Shown: in pieces, positions 37,517-48,551 of the stretch
Numbering within the stretch: the first letter of the stretch is position 1
Layout: each line of letters begins with the position of its first letter
Source of the DNA: Thermodesulfobacteriota bacterium
GTDB lineage: Bacteria; Desulfobacterota_D; UBA1144; Nemesobacterales; Nemesobacteraceae
DNA length: 64,000 bases
Assembly (NCBI GenBank): GCA_965202785.1
Contig: OZ241855.1
Span: forward strand, 754,633-818,632
Direction of reading: 5' to 3'
The notes under the pieces: generated by a model
The model's input: the letters and a program-made list of their open reading frames with translations, nothing else
Told to the model about the DNA's origin: nothing
The model's database searches: none
Position numbers and translations under genes: made by a program

Positions 37517-39238
37517 ATGCAATTATTATTCAAACCGCGCGATGGCGTATATCTAGGAAGCGGAGATCTTCCCTTCGGTAAATTTGAAGACACTTCGCAG
37601 TGGGAACCGATAACCACAAATCTTGAGAAGGGTGCCGAGATGTTTCCCGACAAGGCAATGTTCAAGGTCGGAGACAGAGACGGAAACATCGTGGAGAGCT
37701 ACACTTATGCGGAAACCAACGCGTGGGCCAACAGGGTGGCAAACGGTCTTGCCCAAGGGTTCGGAATAAATAAAGGGGACAAGGTCGGCATGTACATGCT
37801 CAACTGTTCTGAGCACGTGATATCTATTATCGCCATACACAAGTGCGGCGGTGTGCAGGTTCCGGTAAACAAGGACGAGAAGGGGGAGAGGCTCGCTTAC
37901 GTAATCAACTACTCGGACATGAGGGCCCTCATTATTGACGAGGGGAGCATTCCTTTCATAGAGGAAATCGGCGACACCCTTGAGCATCTTGAAGTGGTTT
38001 TCGTGACGGTTGACAGTCCACCTGAAAACATCGGAGGCATAAAGGCGCTTCCTTTTTCGGAATTTGATAATTATGACGATACTAATCCCGGGGTGGACGT
38101 TACCACTGCCGACATGGAGAGGTGTATGTTCACGTCCGGTACCACAGGGATGCCAAAAGGGGTTGCCAGAGACCACGGAGGAGTGATCATGACAGTCCGT
38201 TCCTATCTGCAGCAGCAGGGAATAAGGAGCGATGATGTGCTCATGAGCATACTTTCACTCGGTCACGCCAACGCGCAGGTAATGTGCCTTTTCAGTGCCA
38301 TGGCGTCCGGTGCGACTGCCGTGTTTTTCCCCAGGTTCTCGGCTTCCAATTTCTGGAAATGGGCGGCCGGGTGCGGCGCGACATGCGTTAACATGCTGGG
38401 AGCGGTAGCCGAGTACCTCTGGGCGGCGCCCGAGAGCGAGTGGGATCAGAAGCACAGCATAAGGATAATGCTGGGCTCCCCAGCCCCGAGAAACTTGAAG
38501 GAATTCCAGGAAAGGTTCGGAGTCAGGGTGATAGACGGATACGGTTCGACCGAGATGGGCATGGTTCTCTGGAAAGACCCCGAAGATCACCGCCCGGGTT
38601 CATCCGGTTTCCCCATGGAGGGATATTACGTCGAGCTCAGAAATCCCGAAGACATCGATACGGTGGTAAGACCGTTCTGGGACTCTACCGACGATATTAC
38701 TCCTCCCGACGACGCCAAGGGACTTCTTTTCGTAAAGCCGCTTGTTCCGCATACGACCCTGAATGAATATTTCAAGGATGAGAGAAGAACCAGAGAGGCC
38801 TTTGACGATGATGGCTTCTTCAATTCGGACGATCTCTTCGCTAGAGGTATCGATGGGAGATACTATTTTGTCGGAAGGTTCAGCCGCATCAGGGTTTCAG
38901 GCGAAAACGTGGACCCGGTAGCCGTCGGGGACGAGGCGATGCAATACCCCGCAATTCAGGAAGCCATTGCGGTCGGTATAAGGCTCCCGAACGTTTCGGA
39001 TGACGAGATCAAACTCTGCGTTACGCTCAAGGCGGGCGAGGAATTCGATCCGATTGAGTTCTCCAAATGGATGGCCGAAAGGGTTATAGTGGCCATGGTG
39101 CCTAGGTTCATAGAGGTTTACGAGGATGGATTCCCGGTAACCGCGACCCAGAAGGTCAAGGTCGCCGAGATAAAGGAAATTACCGAGAATACCTGGGACA
39201 GAAACGAGACGGGCCTCAAGTTCAGCGCCAGGAAGTAG
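37517..39238 (+). CDS. ANL-superfamily AMP-dependent synthetase/ligase, paralog 2
   Basis: It carries the same motifs as paralog 1 (MFTSGTTGMPKGV), 573 aa. Confidence 0.8.
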   Translation: MQLLFKPRDGVYLGSGDLPFGKFEDTSQWEPITTNLEKGAEMFPDKAMFKVGDRDGNIVESYTYAETNAWANRVANGLAQGFGINKGDKVGMYMLNCSEHVISIIAIHKCGGVQVPVNKDEKGERLAYVINYSDMRALIIDEGSIPFIEEIGDTLEHLEVVFVTVDSPPENIGGIKALPFSEFDNYDDTNPGVDVTTADMERCMFTSGTTGMPKGVARDHGGVIMTVRSYLQQQGIRSDDVLMSILSLGHANAQVMCLFSAMASGATAVFFPRFSASNFWKWAAGCGATCVNMLGAVAEYLWAAPESEWDQKHSIRIMLGSPAPRNLKEFQERFGVRVIDGYGSTEMGMVLWKDPEDHRPGSSGFPMEGYYVELRNPEDIDTVVRPFWDSTDDITPPDDAKGLLFVKPLVPHTTLNEYFKDERRTREAFDDDGFFNSDDLFARGIDGRYYFVGRFSRIRVSGENVDPVAVGDEAMQYPAIQEAIAVGIRLPNVSDDEIKLCVTLKAGEEFDPIEFSKWMAERVIVAMVPRFIEVYEDGFPVTATQKVKVAEIKEITENTWDRNETGLKFSARK

Positions 39239-39253
39239 GTTTCCCTTTTATCC

Positions 39254-39718
39254 GTGACGGGGCAGTCCGATGAAAGCATTATGGCCTTGGCTATCGGGGA
39301 AGCCGAGCGGGCCGCTTCGGCAGGCGAGGTTCCCGTCGGGGCGGTCATAGTTGATGAGGGCGGAACCGTAATTTCGGCCGCCCATAACCTGAGGGAATCA
39401 ATTTCGGACGCTACCGCTCACGCCGAAATTCTGGCTATACGCCGCGCGTGCGAAGTTATCGGAAACTGGAGACTTTCCGGCACTTCTATCTACGTCACTC
39501 TAGAGCCCTGTGCCATGTGCATGGGAGCCATAGTCAACGCGAGAATAGACAGAGTGGTGTTCGGCGCTCCCGATCCCAAGGGCGGGGCGCTTGTAAGCAA
39601 CTTTGGAATCGGCACAGGAGGGGATCTCAATCACCAGGTGGAATTCTCGGGGGGAGTCTGCGGCGAGCGGTGTGCGCGCATTCTTGAGGATTTTTTCAGG
39701 ACGCTTCGAGATTCCTGA
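39254..39718 (+). CDS. tadA: tRNA-specific adenosine deaminase
   Basis: HAEILAIRRAC...PCAMCMGAI zinc motifs. Confidence 0.9.
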   Translation: MTGQSDESIMALAIGEAERAASAGEVPVGAVIVDEGGTVISAAHNLRESISDATAHAEILAIRRACEVIGNWRLSGTSIYVTLEPCAMCMGAIVNARIDRVVFGAPDPKGGALVSNFGIGTGGDLNHQVEFSGGVCGERCARILEDFFRTLRDS

Positions 39719-39720
39719 AC

Positions 39721-40373
39721 TCAGGCCTGAGGGCTAACGACGATTTTTTTCGAGTTACCCTTGCTTGGAACCGTCTCGTATTTTATGTCCTCTTGCTTCT
39801 TGAGTTCTATGTAGGCCATTTTCCTTTCGTAGGACGAGAGCCGCTCGATTGAGTGAGAATTTCCGCTTTCTTTTACTTTCTGTACGGTCTCCGCAACTTT
39901 TCTCGGCACGTCAGAGTCCTTTTTCTTTCCGTCGTGCCCGCCGATATTTATGGCGACCCGCTTGCTTTTTCCCTCGTTGCTGTTTCTCGAAGCTATCTTC
40001 CCTACTATGTACTCAAGGGACTTTATTACTTCCCCGTTTCTCCCTATGAGGAATTTCTTGTCTTTAACGGGCCAAACTTCAAGTATTATCCTGTTTTCAG
40101 TTTCTTCGGCCTTTACGCTCTGCGGGGCTGGAAACAGAAAACCTAGCAGGTTTTCAAGAGTTTTTTTCGCCCGAAACGCCTTTTCGCTCAGTCCGCCAGT
40201 TTTTACTTCCACTCTCACTATGGCGTTTTTGCTTCCTATGCCCAAAACCCCCTTGGAGTCTTCCCTTATAACTTCGATTTCCACTTCTTCTTTTGAGACT
40301 CCGAGTTCCTCACAGGCGTTCACTACGGCTTCGGAAATGGTTTTTCCTTCCTTTTCTATTACGGTGGCCATTG
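39721..40373 (-). CDS. jag: Jag/KhpB RNA-binding protein (KH + R3H domains)
   Basis: MATVIEKEGKTISEAVVNACEELGV N-terminus with a GGAGGA ribosome-binding site, and a C-terminal R3H-like region. The ORF-track N-terminal extension was rejected. Confidence 0.8.
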
Positions 40374-42044
40374 TTATCCTCCTTCTGGATCCGGGACCTG
40401 TCGATTGATGTATAGTTGCTGACCGACGGAGAGAATGTTGCTTACGGTCCAGTAAAGGATAAGACCGGAAGGCAGGCCCCAGAACATTACGGTAAAAATT
40501 ATAGGCATAAACTGCATAAGTTTCATCTGCAGTTCCATCGTCTCGCTTCCCGGGGCAGTCATTGGGGTAAGTCTCTGCGAGAGAAACCACGAGACACCCA
40601 TCAAAAGGGGCAGCACACGAAACGGTATCCCCAGCACGTCAAACAGGTGCTCGGGCTGGGAGAGGTCGTTTACCCAGAGAAACGAGCTGTGTCTTAGATC
40701 TATCGAATACAGAAGCGCGAAATAAAGAGCTATGAAAACGGGAAGCTGTATGAGCAGGGGGAGACACCCTCCGAGACTGCTGAGCGGGTTTATGTTATTG
40801 CTTGTGTAAAGCTTCATCATCTCTGCCTGCTGTGTCGATTTGTCGTCCTTGTATTTTTCTTTCAGCGCGTCGATTTCAGGTTTCAGACTCTTCATCTTGT
40901 TCTGCATTGCCTTCATCGATTTCATGCTTTTCACGGTAAGGGGGAAGAATATCACCCTGAGGGCGATCGTAAGCACTATTATGGAGATTCCGTAGTTGCT
41001 GAAAAAGTCGTTGACGAACTTAAGCAGCACGACGGCAATTTTGGTAAGTACTCCCGCATAGCCGTAGTCAATCGATTTCTCAAGCTTGTACCCCGCTTCC
41101 TTGAGGTCCAGTTCATTTTTCGGACCGAAATACGATTTCCACCCGACTTTGTAGTTTTTTCCTGCGGCTATTTTTTGCTCTGGATAGGAAAAACTCGCCC
41201 CGGCAAGACCTTTTTCATCAAGGGGCTGCAGGTAGACTCCCCGGTCTCCCCCTATTTCCGGCAGAAATGCACCGAGAAAGTACTTGTCACCGAACCCGAA
41301 CCAGTTCGTCTCTCCATTGTACGCCTTGGTTTCCTTAAGGGGTTTCTTGGTCCGCTTGACCTCGCCGCCGACCATTGAGATAAACTCGTAGAGACTGCTT
41401 GAGCCGCTCTCGTATACCGTATTTTCCCAGCCGACGTAAACTTTCTGGTTTATCTGTCCCCGCGTTCCGTTGAGAACCTCTAGGTTTTCCCTGATAAAGT
41501 ATTTCCCGGGGTAAAAGGAGATGGTTTTACGTACCGTAAGCCCGCCGGGCTTTCTCCAGACCAGATTGACATCAAGCCCCTCGGGGCCCACGACCAGATT
41601 CGTGCCTCCCTTGTAGGAAAAGGGGATGAGTTCCGGCATTTTTTCGTTTTTGACTCTGAGTATGGTGTCAAATGACTTTTTCTCTTCATCTATCACCGCC
41701 ACAGGCACCGAGTCCATCTCGACCGTCTTGTTGTATCCCAGAAGCTCCCAGCCGACAATCTTTCCTCCGAGAGTGTCTATCTCGGCAACATAAAGGTCGG
41801 ATCTGACTTTTATGATCTTGGAAGCGTAGGAAGATTTTATTGGTTCAAATTCCGCGGGAAGTTCCTGTGGGGAACCTGGTTCTTCGGAAAGATTCCCTGC
41901 AGCGGCGGGCGCCGATGCGGGCCGATCTATTTTTGCGGACTGCTTTTCCTCGGGGGCTTCTGCGAAAAACGCCGAGTAACCGACGATTACCAGTACCGAC
42001 AATACCAGAAATAAAATGTAGTTTCTCTTGAGGTCGCTGTTCAT
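40374..42044 (-). CDS. yidC: Membrane protein insertase YidC (long, Gram-negative form)
   Basis: N-terminal TM helix, a large periplasmic domain, and a C-terminal conserved 5-TM core, 556 aa. Confidence 0.92.
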   Translation of the reverse strand: MNSDLKRNYILFLVLSVLVIVGYSAFFAEAPEEKQSAKIDRPASAPAAAGNLSEEPGSPQELPAEFEPIKSSYASKIIKVRSDLYVAEIDTLGGKIVGWELLGYNKTVEMDSVPVAVIDEEKKSFDTILRVKNEKMPELIPFSYKGGTNLVVGPEGLDVNLVWRKPGGLTVRKTISFYPGKYFIRENLEVLNGTRGQINQKVYVGWENTVYESGSSSLYEFISMVGGEVKRTKKPLKETKAYNGETNWFGFGDKYFLGAFLPEIGGDRGVYLQPLDEKGLAGASFSYPEQKIAAGKNYKVGWKSYFGPKNELDLKEAGYKLEKSIDYGYAGVLTKIAVVLLKFVNDFFSNYGISIIVLTIALRVIFFPLTVKSMKSMKAMQNKMKSLKPEIDALKEKYKDDKSTQQAEMMKLYTSNNINPLSSLGGCLPLLIQLPVFIALYFALLYSIDLRHSSFLWVNDLSQPEHLFDVLGIPFRVLPLLMGVSWFLSQRLTPMTAPGSETMELQMKLMQFMPIIFTVMFWGLPSGLILYWTVSNILSVGQQLYINRQVPDPEGG

Positions 42045-42222
42045 GTGTTGTTTCTTAGGGCTTTATTGAGGATGTGGGGCGCTATCGTGATTTCTGCGAG
42101 ACACCTGTGAGACTGCTCCCGTTTTCTGTGCGTAGTTCTAGCATGTAGCAGGAAACCAAAGAGTAAGAATTCATGGGAGCAATGATACACGATAAGTTTT
42201 AATAGGAATAGAGGATTTTTAT

Positions 42223-42474
42223 TCACTCTTTTGCCTGCTTATCGCCTTTTTTCTTTACGGGATCATACCCCCCCGCGCTCAGCGGATGACATTGCAGTAT
42301 TCTTCTTATGGTCATCCAAATTCCCCTGAAAGCTCCGTGTTCCCTGAGGGCCTCAATTGAATACGCAGAGCAGCTGGGGTAGAACCTGCAGGTTTGGGGG
42401 AGCAGGGGAGAAATGGTTCTCTGGTAGCCCCTTACCAGAAAAACGAGGAACCTGACTGCGGGGTTTTCTTTCAT
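42223..42474 (-). CDS. yidD: Membrane protein insertion efficiency factor YidD
   Basis: [27 protein letters not shown]. Confidence 0.9.
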   Translation of the reverse strand: MKENPAVRFLVFLVRGYQRTISPLLPQTCRFYPSCSAYSIEALREHGAFRGIWMTIRRILQCHPLSAGGYDPVKKKGDKQAKE

Positions 42475-42830
42475 TTGATGCGGCCTGCGAGTTTTTTTAT
42501 CTCCGAGTAAAGTTCAGAGAACTTCTTGCCCGATACGTCGTTCTTTATTACGAACACCACGTCGTTTGAGGAAAACGCGGGCTTGTTCCTCCTGAAAACT
42601 TCCCTCAGCATCCTTTTCATCCTGTTTCTCCTGACAGAACTTGCCGACGCTTTTTTGCCCACGGACACTCCTAGGCGGGGAAACCCAAGAGTGTTGGGCT
42701 TCGCGTAGAGTATGAAGTTTTCCGAGTGGGTTTTAGTGCCTTCTGAGAGTATGTTGCGAAAGTCGCGGGATGTTTTTATCTTGAATTTTGAGGGAAACGA
42801 GTTGTCGAACTCAAACGCTACTTTTTCCAT
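42471..42830 (-). CDS. rnpA: Ribonuclease P protein component
   Basis: The basic RNR-like motif ([16 protein letters not shown]), 119 aa, located downstream of rpmH. Confidence 0.88.
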   Translation of the reverse strand: MEKVAFEFDNSFPSKFKIKTSRDFRNILSEGTKTHSENFILYAKPNTLGFPRLGVSVGKKASASSVRRNRMKRMLREVFRRNKPAFSSNDVVFVIKNDVSGKKFSELYSEIKKLAGRIK

Positions 42831-42967
42831 CTCCCAACTGTGAGAACGTATCTTCCCTTGGCAGTCCTTCTCCTAAGTATGCTCCTGCCTCCCCTTGTGC
42901 TCAGCCTGGCGCGGAAGCCGTGCGTTCTGAGCCTCTTTTTTACGTGCGGTTGATAAGTCCTTTTCAT
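42818..42967 (-). CDS. rpmH: 50S ribosomal protein L34
   Basis: Manual translation gives [44 protein letters not shown]... (49 aa). It is absent from the ORF track (under 60 aa) and overlaps the rnpA start by 13 nt. Confidence 0.85.
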   Translation of the reverse strand: MKRTYQPHVKKRLRTHGFRARLSTRGGRSILRRRTAKGRYVLTVGRWKK

Positions 42968-43142
42968 AGTGGGGGGTCAGAATAACACGTAAGGATTTGA
43001 AGGTCAAGGGAAAACAGGGAACTCGGGAATCCGCGGCGTGGGCACGACACTGGAGGCTTCGCCGCAGATTGACAACAAACAAGTTCTTGTAAATAATTGA
43101 TACCCATCAAATTCAAACGGTTTTTGAGATTCTTCGTCCACT

Positions 43143-43367
43143 ATGATCCTTGAAGGCGTAAAACTCATGGTCATTGGTATGACCATAGTATATGTTTTTC
43201 TGCTTGTATTGATGATAAGCGTGATGCTGTCTGCGAAGCTTTTTAAAGACAGCGATGTGCATGCGCCCTCGGATTCCGGGGCGTCCAAAAAATCCAGAAG
43301 GGACGTCATTCCAGTCATAGCCGCGGCAGTTGCGGCCTACAAGGCGAAGCATGCCGGCGACGGCTAG
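43143..43367 (+). CDS. oadG: Oxaloacetate decarboxylase gamma subunit
   Basis: A 74-aa single-TM protein directly upstream of oadA. Confidence 0.65.
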   Translation: MILEGVKLMVIGMTIVYVFLLVLMISVMLSAKLFKDSDVHAPSDSGASKKSRRDVIPVIAAAVAAYKAKHAGDG

Positions 43368-43392
43368 ATCTTGAAAATCTCAGGGTCTTGTC

Positions 43393-45210
43393 ATGAAAAA
43401 AATATTATTTCAGGATACATCCTTTCGCGACGGGTTTCAGTCCGTTTTCGGCGCGAGGGTGCTTACAGAAGACTTCATCCCGGCTGTCGAAGCCGCCAGG
43501 GAAGCCGGGATAACCCACTTTGAGGCTGGCGGGGGAGCCAGGTTCCAGAGCCTGTTTCTTTACTGCGGGGAGTCCGCTTTTGATATGATGGACCGCTTCC
43601 GGGAGGCAGCGGGACCGGATGCTAACCTGCAGACCCTTGCAAGGGGGATCAATGTTGTTGCCCTGTCCCAGCAGCCCAAGGACATGATAGATCTCCACGC
43701 CAGGATGTTCAAAAAACATGGCATAACTCACATAAGAAACTTCGACGCCTTAAACGACGTAAGAAATCTCGAGTACTCGGGTCAGTGCATAAGAAATGCA
43801 GGCCTGCACCACCAGGCCGTGGTAACGCTCATGGAGCTTCCTCCAGGCTGCGAAGGAGCCCACGACGTGGATTTCTATATAGACAGGCTGAGGAAAATAC
43901 TTGATTCGGGGCTTCCCTACGATTCCATATGCTTCAAGGACGCTTCCGGGACCTCGAATCCCAAAAAGATTTACGAGACCGTGAAGGCCGCGAGAAAGCT
44001 TGTCGGAGAGGACGTCATTCTCTGGGTGCACACCCATGAGACGGCCGCCCAGGGAGTCAACCAGTACATGGCCGGCATAAACGGCGGTTGCGACGGGATC
44101 TGCGTCGCGAGAGCCCCCGTTTCCGGGGGAACCTCCCAGCCCGACCTTATATCCATGTGGAACGCACTTAAGGGGACGGAGTACACCTTGGATGTGGACA
44201 TAACCAAGGTTCTCGAGGCGAATTCCGTGTTCAGGGAATGCATGTCCGGCTATTATTTCCCGCCCGAAGCCCTTCGGGTCTCCTCGGAGGTTCTTCTCTC
44301 TCCGATGCCCGGCGGAGCGCTTACCGCAAACACCATGATGATGAGAGACACGGGCACCCTTGATCTTTATCCGCAGGTGATCGAGGCTATGAGCGAATGC
44401 GTTGCCAAGGGTGGATTCGGAACATCGGTTACCCCGGTTTCCCAGTTCTATTTCCAGCAGGCTTACGCCAACGTCACCCAGGGGACTTGGAAGAAGATCA
44501 CCGACGGTTACGGGAACATGGTGCTCGGCTATTTCGGACGCACGCCCGTCGATCCCGACCCCGAAGTCGTGGCGATAGCGGAAGAGCAGATGGGCAAGCC
44601 CCGCTTTGATGGCGACCCGCTCGACATACTTGAGCCCGGCATTCCGAAGGCAACCGAGATTCTCGAAAAAGAAGGCCTTCCCGTCACCGAGGAAAACATA
44701 TTCATAGTCGGGGCGCTTCAGACTCAGGGCGGAAACAAGGGCCTTGACTTTCTCAAGGGGAATTTCAGCGTCAACGTAAGAAAAGACAAGCCTGAAGAGC
44801 AGCCTCAGCAGGGACGCGGTCTCGGTACGAGCGTAGCGTCGAAGGTGTCCGGTACCGGGGAAAACTTCGTCATTACGGTTGACGGGAGAAGCTACAATGT
44901 GACCGTAAAGGAAGGAACTTCGGAGGTTGCCTCGGTAACTGAAGCTCCCGCTCCTAAGACATCCTCTGTGATGGATGAAGATTCTCCCGATGTTGTGGCC
45001 GTTACGGCGAGCGTGCCCGGCAACATATACAGGGTGCAGGTCAGCGTGGGTGACAAGATAAAGGAAAATCAGACGCTGATCATGCTTGAAGCCATGAAGA
45101 TGGAAACTCCGGTTGCCTCTCCGTGCGACGGGGAAGTGGTATCCATAGAGGTCGAACAGGGACAGGTAGTAGAGACGGGTCAGCTTATCCTCACCATTCT
45201 TCCCTCTTGA
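43393..45210 (+). CDS. oadA: Oxaloacetate decarboxylase alpha subunit (carboxyltransferase + biotinyl domain)
   Basis: N-terminal FRDGFQS, and C-terminal biotin attachment EAMKMETPV, 605 aa. Confidence 0.88.
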   Translation: MKKILFQDTSFRDGFQSVFGARVLTEDFIPAVEAAREAGITHFEAGGGARFQSLFLYCGESAFDMMDRFREAAGPDANLQTLARGINVVALSQQPKDMIDLHARMFKKHGITHIRNFDALNDVRNLEYSGQCIRNAGLHHQAVVTLMELPPGCEGAHDVDFYIDRLRKILDSGLPYDSICFKDASGTSNPKKIYETVKAARKLVGEDVILWVHTHETAAQGVNQYMAGINGGCDGICVARAPVSGGTSQPDLISMWNALKGTEYTLDVDITKVLEANSVFRECMSGYYFPPEALRVSSEVLLSPMPGGALTANTMMMRDTGTLDLYPQVIEAMSECVAKGGFGTSVTPVSQFYFQQAYANVTQGTWKKITDGYGNMVLGYFGRTPVDPDPEVVAIAEEQMGKPRFDGDPLDILEPGIPKATEILEKEGLPVTEENIFIVGALQTQGGNKGLDFLKGNFSVNVRKDKPEEQPQQGRGLGTSVASKVSGTGENFVITVDGRSYNVTVKEGTSEVASVTEAPAPKTSSVMDEDSPDVVAVTASVPGNIYRVQVSVGDKIKENQTLIMLEAMKMETPVASPCDGEVVSIEVEQGQVVETGQLILTILPS

Positions 45211-45214
45211 GCGC

Positions 45215-46513
45215 ATGAAAAAATTCATACTTATTTTCGCAGTCCTTGCGTTTTCCCTGGGAATGTTCACCGGGGCACCCGACTGTCTCGGGGAGACGGT
45301 AAGCGACGCGGCGGCCGTCGCGGAGCAACCCAACGAGCTTGCATCTTTTTCCCAGCTTTTGAAAAACGTTGCTACCAGTACCGGCATCTACGGATTTATT
45401 GCGGGCAACGCAATTTCTTGGGTTAACGGGTTCGGGATGTTCTTGATGATCCTGGTAGGATTCCTTCTTCTCTATCTGGGGATTGCGAAGAAATTCGAAC
45501 CTCTTCTTCTGGTTACGATAGCTTTCGGGTGCATATTGGCCAACATTCCGCTTGCGGGGATAAACGACCCCGGCGGGGTACTTTACTACGTGTACGATGT
45601 TGGTATAAAGACCGGTATTTTCCCCCTTCTGATATTCATGGGGGTGGGGGCGCTTACCGATTTCGGCCCGCTTCTGGCTAACCCCAAGACGGTTCTTCTG
45701 GGGGGTGCGGCGCAGTTCGGCATCTTCTCGACATTGATCGGCGCACTCGTGCTTACCCAGTTCGTGCCCGGAATCGATTTTTCCCTAAAAGATGCGGCGT
45801 CGATAGGAATAATAGGGTCAGCGGACGGACCGACCTCTATTTACATTTCTTCGCAGCTCTCCCCGAGGCTTCTCGGTGCGGTCTCGGTCGCCGCGTATTC
45901 CTACATGGCTCTCGTGCCGATAATCCAGCCCCCGATAATGAAAGCTCTTACTTCTCCTGAAGAGAGAAAAATAAGGATGAGCCAGCTTCGTCCGGTGGCG
46001 AAAAGAGAAAGAATAATGTTTCCGCTGATCGCTCTTACTCTCTGCCTTCTTTTTCTTCCATCTGCGGCGCCTCTAATCGGTTTTTTCGCTTTCGGCAACC
46101 TGATGAGGGAGTGCGGAGTGGTCGACCGGCTCTCGGATACGACGAGAAACGCGCTTATCAACATAGTTACGATCTTTCTCGGCCTCGGAGTCGGCTCGCA
46201 GCTTCTTGCCTCCGAATTTCTTTCCCTTGAGACTCTTGGCATACTTCTTCTGGGGATCGTGGCTTTCTGCATAGGCACGGCCTGCGGGGTGCTGATGGCC
46301 AAGCTTATGAATGTTTTCTCCGAAACCAAGATCAATCCCCTGATCGGTTCGGCAGGGGTTTCGGCGGTTCCGATGGCCGCTCGCGTCTCTCAGGATATGG
46401 GGGCCAAGGAAGACCCCCAGAACGTACTTCTGATGCACGCCATGGGTCCGAACGTGGCAGGGGTCGTGGGTTCGGCTGTAGCGGCAGGAGTGCTGCTTGC
46501 GGTTTTCCAGTAA
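45215..46513 (+). CDS. oadB: Na+-translocating decarboxylase beta subunit
   Basis: A polytopic 432-aa protein in the OadB family position, following oadA. Confidence 0.8.
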   Translation: MKKFILIFAVLAFSLGMFTGAPDCLGETVSDAAAVAEQPNELASFSQLLKNVATSTGIYGFIAGNAISWVNGFGMFLMILVGFLLLYLGIAKKFEPLLLVTIAFGCILANIPLAGINDPGGVLYYVYDVGIKTGIFPLLIFMGVGALTDFGPLLANPKTVLLGGAAQFGIFSTLIGALVLTQFVPGIDFSLKDAASIGIIGSADGPTSIYISSQLSPRLLGAVSVAAYSYMALVPIIQPPIMKALTSPEERKIRMSQLRPVAKRERIMFPLIALTLCLLFLPSAAPLIGFFAFGNLMRECGVVDRLSDTTRNALINIVTIFLGLGVGSQLLASEFLSLETLGILLLGIVAFCIGTACGVLMAKLMNVFSETKINPLIGSAGVSAVPMAARVSQDMGAKEDPQNVLLMHAMGPNVAGVVGSAVAAGVLLAVFQ

Positions 46514-46554
46514 ATTTCTGACTTGTTAGAGGAGATGTTTCCGCGGAGTCTGCG

Positions 46555-47316
46555 ATGAGATTTAAAGGACGCTCGGCAATTATTACCGGTGGAGGAACGG
46601 GAATCGGGGAAGCGACGGCGCTTTTGCTGGCGCGAAACGGAGCCAGGGTTCTGATTACCGGAAGAAGGGAAGAGAAGCTAAAAGAGCTATGCAGCAGGGC
46701 AGAGGAAGAAGGACTTTCTATAGAGTACAAGGTCTGTGACGTTTCAATCGAGAGCGACTGCGCGGCCACCGTGGAGACCGCTTTTCGCGAGCACGGAAAG
46801 ATCGATATTCTTTTTAACAACGCCGGTATCATTTTTTCCGGCCCCTTTCACGAAGTCGAGACCGAAAGGTTTCAGCAGATTTTCGACATAAACGTGAAGG
46901 GACCGTTCATGATGTGCAAATACGCGATTCCTCACATGATTTCTGCGGGCAGAGGCTTTATCGTCAATAACTCTTCCGTTATAGGGTTAAAGGGTTTTGC
47001 TGGACTTTCGGCCTACTCGGCATCCAAAGGGGCCCTTGTTCAGTTAACAAGAAGCATGGCCCTTGAGTACGCGGACAAGGGACTCAGGATAAACGCTGTC
47101 TGTCCCGGCGGGGTTTGGACGCCAATGTTCGACTCCTATCTTGAGAGAGCCGAAGATGCCGAAGCGGCCCAGGCTTTTATGGAGTCGCTTCACCCCATGG
47201 GACGGCTGGCCGACCCGTACGAAATAGCTGAAGCGGTTCTGTTTCTCTGCGATGATAAGGTCATGTTCAACACGGGCTCAATGCTTTCAATAGACGGTGG
47301 TATTATAGCCAAGTGA
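46555..47316 (+). CDS. SDR-family short-chain dehydrogenase/reductase
   Basis: TGGGTGIGEA Rossmann motif, and an NNAG...YSASK catalytic tetrad. Confidence 0.85.
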   Translation: MRFKGRSAIITGGGTGIGEATALLLARNGARVLITGRREEKLKELCSRAEEEGLSIEYKVCDVSIESDCAATVETAFREHGKIDILFNNAGIIFSGPFHEVETERFQQIFDINVKGPFMMCKYAIPHMISAGRGFIVNNSSVIGLKGFAGLSAYSASKGALVQLTRSMALEYADKGLRINAVCPGGVWTPMFDSYLERAEDAEAAQAFMESLHPMGRLADPYEIAEAVLFLCDDKVMFNTGSMLSIDGGIIAK

Positions 47317-47454
47317 TTGCTGGGAACCGGCCTCGAGAAACGCCTTTTTTGCCTTCCGCCCATGTCTTTTCAATTCAGGTTTTTGCCCTTGACGGTTCAC
47401 AATAACTGATTACAATAAGAGCTAATTGAAAATCATTCTCATTTAACAATTCTC

Positions 47455-47901
47455 ATGAAGAAAGATTTTGAATGCACTCAAGAATCGTATGCCAGAGAGA
47501 TTCTGCGGGAAAAAGGGCTCAAATCCACTGTGCAGCGCCTAGCTGTCGTTCATGTTCTTCACACGAGCCGAAAATCGCTTTCGGTCGGTGAAATACACGA
47601 CAAGGTGAAGGAGATGCTCGACACCACGGGGCTTGCCACCATCTACAGAACCCTTGAAATGTTCGAGGACTTGGGCATCGTAAAGCGCCTTCATTTTCCC
47701 GACGGCAGTCGCGGTTACGCGTTTTCCCAAGGCGAACACGTTCATCACATGGTGTGCGTTGACTGCAGGGGGGTTTTCGATTTCCCCGAGTGTCCGGTGG
47801 AGAGTTTTGATTACGCTTCGGTTGAAAAGCAGGGGTTCAGAGTGAAGGATCATTTTGTACAGCTTTTCGGCCAGTGCGGGAAGTGCGCAGAGGCAGCTTA
47901 A
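47455..47901 (+). CDS. Fur-family transcriptional regulator (Fur/Zur/PerR type)
   Basis: Winged-helix region followed by HHMVCVDC...CGKC metal sites. Confidence 0.85.
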   Translation: MKKDFECTQESYAREILREKGLKSTVQRLAVVHVLHTSRKSLSVGEIHDKVKEMLDTTGLATIYRTLEMFEDLGIVKRLHFPDGSRGYAFSQGEHVHHMVCVDCRGVFDFPECPVESFDYASVEKQGFRVKDHFVQLFGQCGKCAEAA

Positions 47902-47905
47902 CAAT

Positions 47906-48295
47906 ATGATGAACCCGCTAAGAATTCAGAGACTCACCGATTACACCTCGATATCCCTTGCGGGTATCTGCGTCGTCCATTGTCTTCTGACGCCGGTGGC
48001 GCTCATACTGTTTCCGGTCTTGGGTTCGACGTTTATATTTGAAGAGTTTTTCCATGAGTTGCTGCTCTTTCTGGTCATTCCCGCAAGCGTGGTCGCCATA
48101 TTTCTCGGCTGCAAACGCCACAGGGATTTCAACGTGATAATGCTGGGAATCCTGGGACTGGGCTTCCTTCTGGTAGGAGCATTTGCGGCTACGGGCTACC
48201 AGGAATACGTTTTTACTTTTATCGGCGCTTTTATCATGATTTCCGGACACCTGCGCAATTTCAGGCTTTGCAGGAAATACTGCTGCGATCACTGA
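47906..48295 (+). CDS. MerC-domain-like small membrane protein
   Basis: Four TM helices with ICVVHCLLTP in TM1. It starts 5 nt after the fur-family stop; the ORF-track N-terminal extension overlapping fur was rejected. Confidence 0.35.
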   Translation: MMNPLRIQRLTDYTSISLAGICVVHCLLTPVALILFPVLGSTFIFEEFFHELLLFLVIPASVVAIFLGCKRHRDFNVIMLGILGLGFLLVGAFAATGYQEYVFTFIGAFIMISGHLRNFRLCRKYCCDH

Positions 48296-48374
48296 TCCCC
48301 AAAGAAATTTAAAATTTTTCTTGAAAACAGTTTTTTTTCGTGGATAATAACCATTCACTTTTTCGGGGGTTGCA

Positions 48375-48536
48375 ATGGGAAAGTCGTTAAACAGAGTACT
48401 TGTCAAGATGAAGAGCACCGAGAGTCCTTACATCTACTACACGAAGAAAAACAAGATGAATACTCCAGACCGTCTTGAATTGAAAAAGTACGACCCGGTG
48501 ATAAGAAAGCACGTCGTCTTTAAGGAGACCAAGTAG
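48375..48536 (+). CDS. rpmG: 50S ribosomal protein L33 (Cys-free form)
   Basis: Manual translation gives [53 protein letters not shown] (53 aa). It is not in the ORF track. Confidence 0.8.
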   Translation: MGKSLNRVLVKMKSTESPYIYYTKKNKMNTPDRLELKKYDPVIRKHVVFKETK

Positions 48537-48551
48537 TCAGAGGAAATCACG

